Positions 61,210 through 64,000 of a DNA stretch of 64,000 nt are shown here, piece by piece; the stretch's first letter is position 1; every line of letters starts with the position of its first letter. Both the position numbers and the translations under genes were made by a program. This DNA is from Candidatus Poribacteria bacterium (GTDB taxonomy: Bacteria; Poribacteria; WGA-4E; JAJDTR01). Where the stretch lies: assembly GCA_965222225.1 (NCBI GenBank), contig CBDCTK010000002.1, positions 320,001 to 384,000 of the forward strand. Reading direction: 5' to 3'. The notes below the pieces were generated by a model. It was not told where the DNA came from, did no database searches, and worked only from the letters and a program-made list of their open reading frames with translations.

Positions 61210-62460
61210 GTGATAGAATTTGATAAACTGCAAGTGCCTACTAAAGGCGAAACTATCGGTAAAGTAAACGGGCAGCTAGAGGTGCCAAGTCAGCCGATTA
61301 TTCCGGTCATTGAAGGCGATGGTATTGGCCGTGATATCATGAAAGCCACGCGCCGAGTGATTGACGCCGCAATTGAATCAGCGTATGGAAGCGAAAAACG
61401 TGTCGTATGGTTTGATGTCTATGCCGGCGAGAAAGCAAATGCCGAATATGGAGAATGGCTGCCGCAGGACACCTTCGATGCTATCAAGCATTTCCGCGTT
61501 GCCCTGAAGGGACCATTGACGACACCAGTGGGCGGCGGATTTCGAAGCTTAAATGTGACGCTGCGCCAAGTATTGGACCTGTATGCCTGTGTTCGCCCGG
61601 TGCGCTATTTTGAAGGCGTGCCAGCTCCCGTAACTCACCCCGAAAACATGAACGTCGTTATTTTCCGTGAGAATACCGAAGATGTTTATGCCGGAATCGA
61701 GTGGGCGAAGGGAACGCCTGAAGCCAAAAAAGTAATCGACTTTCTTCACAGTGATATGGGTGTGAAGGTGCGTAAAGATTCCGGGATTGGCATTAAACCT
61801 ATTAGCGTATTCGGAACAAGTCGTCTTGTGCGGATGGCGATGCAGTACGCTATCGACCACAACCGTTCCAGCGTCACGTTTGTCCATAAAGGCAATATCA
61901 TGAAGTTCACTGAAGGCGCTTTCCGTGATTGGGGTTATCAAGTTGCGGAGGATGAATTTCCGGATTCGACAATTACCGAAGACAATCTCTACGAGGTACA
62001 TGACGGGCGAGTTCCCAATGGCAAAATCGTCGTGAAAGATCGGATTGCCGACAGTATGTTACAGCAAATCTTAACACGGACTGCCGAATACGATGTAATC
62101 GCTACGCCAAACCTGAATGGCGACTACCTCTCCGATGCCTGTGCGGCGCAGGTTGGTGGTATCGGGATGGCGCCCGGCGGGAATTTTGGCGATGAAACAG
62201 CACTGTTTGAAGCAACTCACGGCACCGCTCCGAAGTACACGGATCAGGATGTTGTCAATCCAAGTTCGTTGATTCTTTCCGCCGTAATGATGCTTGAACA
62301 TCTTGGTTGGCAAGAGGCAGCAGACTTGGTTATCCATGGGCTTGAGCAAACAATTCTGCAAAAGCGTGTGACTTATGACCTTGAACGGCTGATGGACGGA
62401 GCGACGAAGGTGCGTACTTCTGAATTTGCCACCGCAATCATTGAAAATTTCACGGCTTGA
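61210..62460 (+). CDS. icd: Isocitrate dehydrogenase (NADP, dimeric)
   Basis: [42 protein letters not shown] and [10 protein letters not shown]. Confidence 0.96.
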   Translation: MIEFDKLQVPTKGETIGKVNGQLEVPSQPIIPVIEGDGIGRDIMKATRRVIDAAIESAYGSEKRVVWFDVYAGEKANAEYGEWLPQDTFDAIKHFRVALKGPLTTPVGGGFRSLNVTLRQVLDLYACVRPVRYFEGVPAPVTHPENMNVVIFRENTEDVYAGIEWAKGTPEAKKVIDFLHSDMGVKVRKDSGIGIKPISVFGTSRLVRMAMQYAIDHNRSSVTFVHKGNIMKFTEGAFRDWGYQVAEDEFPDSTITEDNLYEVHDGRVPNGKIVVKDRIADSMLQQILTRTAEYDVIATPNLNGDYLSDACAAQVGGIGMAPGGNFGDETALFEATHGTAPKYTDQDVVNPSSLILSAVMMLEHLGWQEAADLVIHGLEQTILQKRVTYDLERLMDGATKVRTSEFATAIIENFTA

Positions 62461-62502
62461 TGAGATCTGATTCTGTTGCACTTTTTCTGAATGGAGGAAG
62501 AC

Positions 62503-63429
62503 GTGGGTAGAAAGAAAATCAGCGTCATTGGCGCGGGAAACGTCGGCGCGACAGCAGCGTTTCTGATTGCCCAAAAGCAACTGGGCGATGTTGTGATGGT
62601 AGACATAATCGACGGTATTCCGCAAGGCAAAGCTCTTGACATGGCACAAACCGCGCCAATTGAAGCTTTTGACGCGAACATCACGGGAGCAGTTGATTTT
62701 GAAGCTACTGCCGGGTCGGATTTAGTGATTATCACTTCGGGCTCTCCTCGAAAACCGGGTATGACCCGCGAGGATCTCTTGCAAACGAACGCCAACATAG
62801 TTAGAAACGTCACAGAAAATGTGGTAACACGCTCACCAGATTGCGTCATCGTAATGTTGACCAACCCGCTCGACATCATGACCTATCATGCGTGGAAGGT
62901 ATCGGGATTTCCTGCTCACCAAGTGGTTGGACAAGCTGGCGTCCTTGACTCGGCGCGATTCCGTTATTTTATTTCACTCGAATTGGGAGTATCCGTTGAG
63001 GACATCCACGCGCTTGTTCTTGGCGGACACGGCGATACCATGGTGCCGCTTCCTCGCTATACGACGGTTAACGGTGTTCCAATCACTCAACTTATTCCTG
63101 CCAACCGGATTGAAGAGATGGCACAACGGACTCGCGATGGCGGCGCTGAAGTCGTTGATTTGCTGAAGACTAGTGGTTATTACGCTGCGGGTGCTTCGCT
63201 CGCCGAAATGGCGGAAGCCATCATCCTTGATAGGAAGCGTCTGCTTCCCTGCTCAGCGTATCTTACTGGACAGTACGGTATTGATGACTTGTATATAGGA
63301 GTCCCAATAAAGCTTGGAGGTGGCGGCGTTGAACAGGTTATCGAAATCGACCTGACCGATGACGAACTTCAGGCATTGCAAACATCTGCCAAAACGTATC
63401 GCGAGGGAATTGCTCTACTAAGCAAGTAA
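62503..63429 (+). CDS. mdh: Malate dehydrogenase (LDH-like)
   Basis: IGAGNVG, GKALD, PRKPGMTREDL, LDSARF and GGHGD; follows icd. Confidence 0.95.
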   Translation: MGRKKISVIGAGNVGATAAFLIAQKQLGDVVMVDIIDGIPQGKALDMAQTAPIEAFDANITGAVDFEATAGSDLVIITSGSPRKPGMTREDLLQTNANIVRNVTENVVTRSPDCVIVMLTNPLDIMTYHAWKVSGFPAHQVVGQAGVLDSARFRYFISLELGVSVEDIHALVLGGHGDTMVPLPRYTTVNGVPITQLIPANRIEEMAQRTRDGGAEVVDLLKTSGYYAAGASLAEMAEAIILDRKRLLPCSAYLTGQYGIDDLYIGVPIKLGGGGVEQVIEIDLTDDELQALQTSAKTYREGIALLSK

Positions 63430-63534
63430 TTGCTTCGGTTGCAAAAGAACATACCTTGTAGTGTGGAACCGTGTAGGTTATCCGAGTTGGGAGTTCAGGC
63501 AGGAGCGATAAGTTACGGAGGCTGAAGAACAAGA

Positions 63535-64000
63535 ATGACGGAACTCGCCGATATTGAAAATGAATTCATCCGCGAAGAGATTGAAGAGTTTCTCGAACGA
63601 CCCGATGAAATAGAACGAACGATTAAGACATTTGCCAAAACTGCTCCCGAGATGCAGGCTATCGCCGCCGCGCTAATTGACGGAGACAATGATGCGGTGG
63701 ACGAATTGACCAAAGAAGCCTTGGATGCCGGGACTGAAGCACTAGAGATTATGGACGACGGGCTCATCTCTGGCATGGGTATTGTTGGCATCAAGTTCCG
63801 GGAAAACTTCATTTTCGTGCCGGAGGTGCTTGCTTGTGCGCGTGCAATGAAGGCGGGTATGGCATACGTTGAGCCCATACTGTCCGCTTCCGGGGTCGAA
63901 CCCGTTGGAACGGTAATCATGGGGACAGTGAAGGGCGATCTACACGACATTGGGAAGAATCTTTGCATTATGATGCTACGCGGTGCCGGGTTCGTAGTTC
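63535..64000 (+). CDS. Corrinoid (cobalamin-binding) methyltransferase protein, partial at window edge; absent from the ORF track
   Basis: Hand translation MTELADIENE...GLISGMGIVGIKFRENFIFVPEVLACARAMKAGM...GTVKGDLHDIGKNLCIMMLRGAGF (DxHxxG B12 motif). Confidence 0.9.
   Translation, partial: MTELADIENEFIREEIEEFLERPDEIERTIKTFAKTAPEMQAIAAALIDGDNDAVDELTKEALDAGTEALEIMDDGLISGMGIVGIKFRENFIFVPEVLACARAMKAGMAYVEPILSASGVEPVGTVIMGTVKGDLHDIGKNLCIMMLRGAGFVV

Noticed and set aside
63513-63968. 151-aa minus-strand ORF in the track
   Set aside because: It is the antisense shadow of the plus-strand corrinoid protein.

Overview
Bacterial genomic window of roughly 50% GC by eye. The gene content and repeats are reminiscent of Candidatus Poribacteria or related FCB/PVC-adjacent lineages; this is an inference and is unverified. 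1-24 kb: the end of uvrA, a run of catabolic paralogues (Nramp-like transporter, two HpcH aldolases, two SDRs, two D-2-hydroxyacid dehydrogenases, PhyH dioxygenase, PduO, sugar-phosphate epimerase), a NYN protein, hsp20/degP, a stand-alone EF-G and nnr. 25-51 kb: a cell-surface cluster containing a 3076-aa Ig-repeat protein with a T9SS-like C-terminal domain next to a PorV-like barrel, a TonB-dependent receptor with its lipoprotein, a 1431-aa beta-propeller protein, a DUF4159 protein and a higher-GC zincin-propeller-barrel gene. 51-56 kb: a scrambled zone with a split outer-membrane gene, captured gene fragments, an IS982-family element nested in a MITE, and a BCCT transporter. 56-64 kb: fetAB-like genes, aroF, gltA-icd-mdh and a partial corrinoid protein. 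The most unusual signal is non-coding. Ten full copies (plus three remnants) of a 35-nt micro-element, ATCA-N18-GCGATRGRRATYY, sit mostly in GTAG-type REP-like hairpins in a fixed orientation, without target duplication where an empty site can be compared. Their variable core folds into a covarying hairpin with tandem G.A pairs, and filled and empty versions of the same site are both present. No rRNA, tRNA or CRISPR array was recognised.
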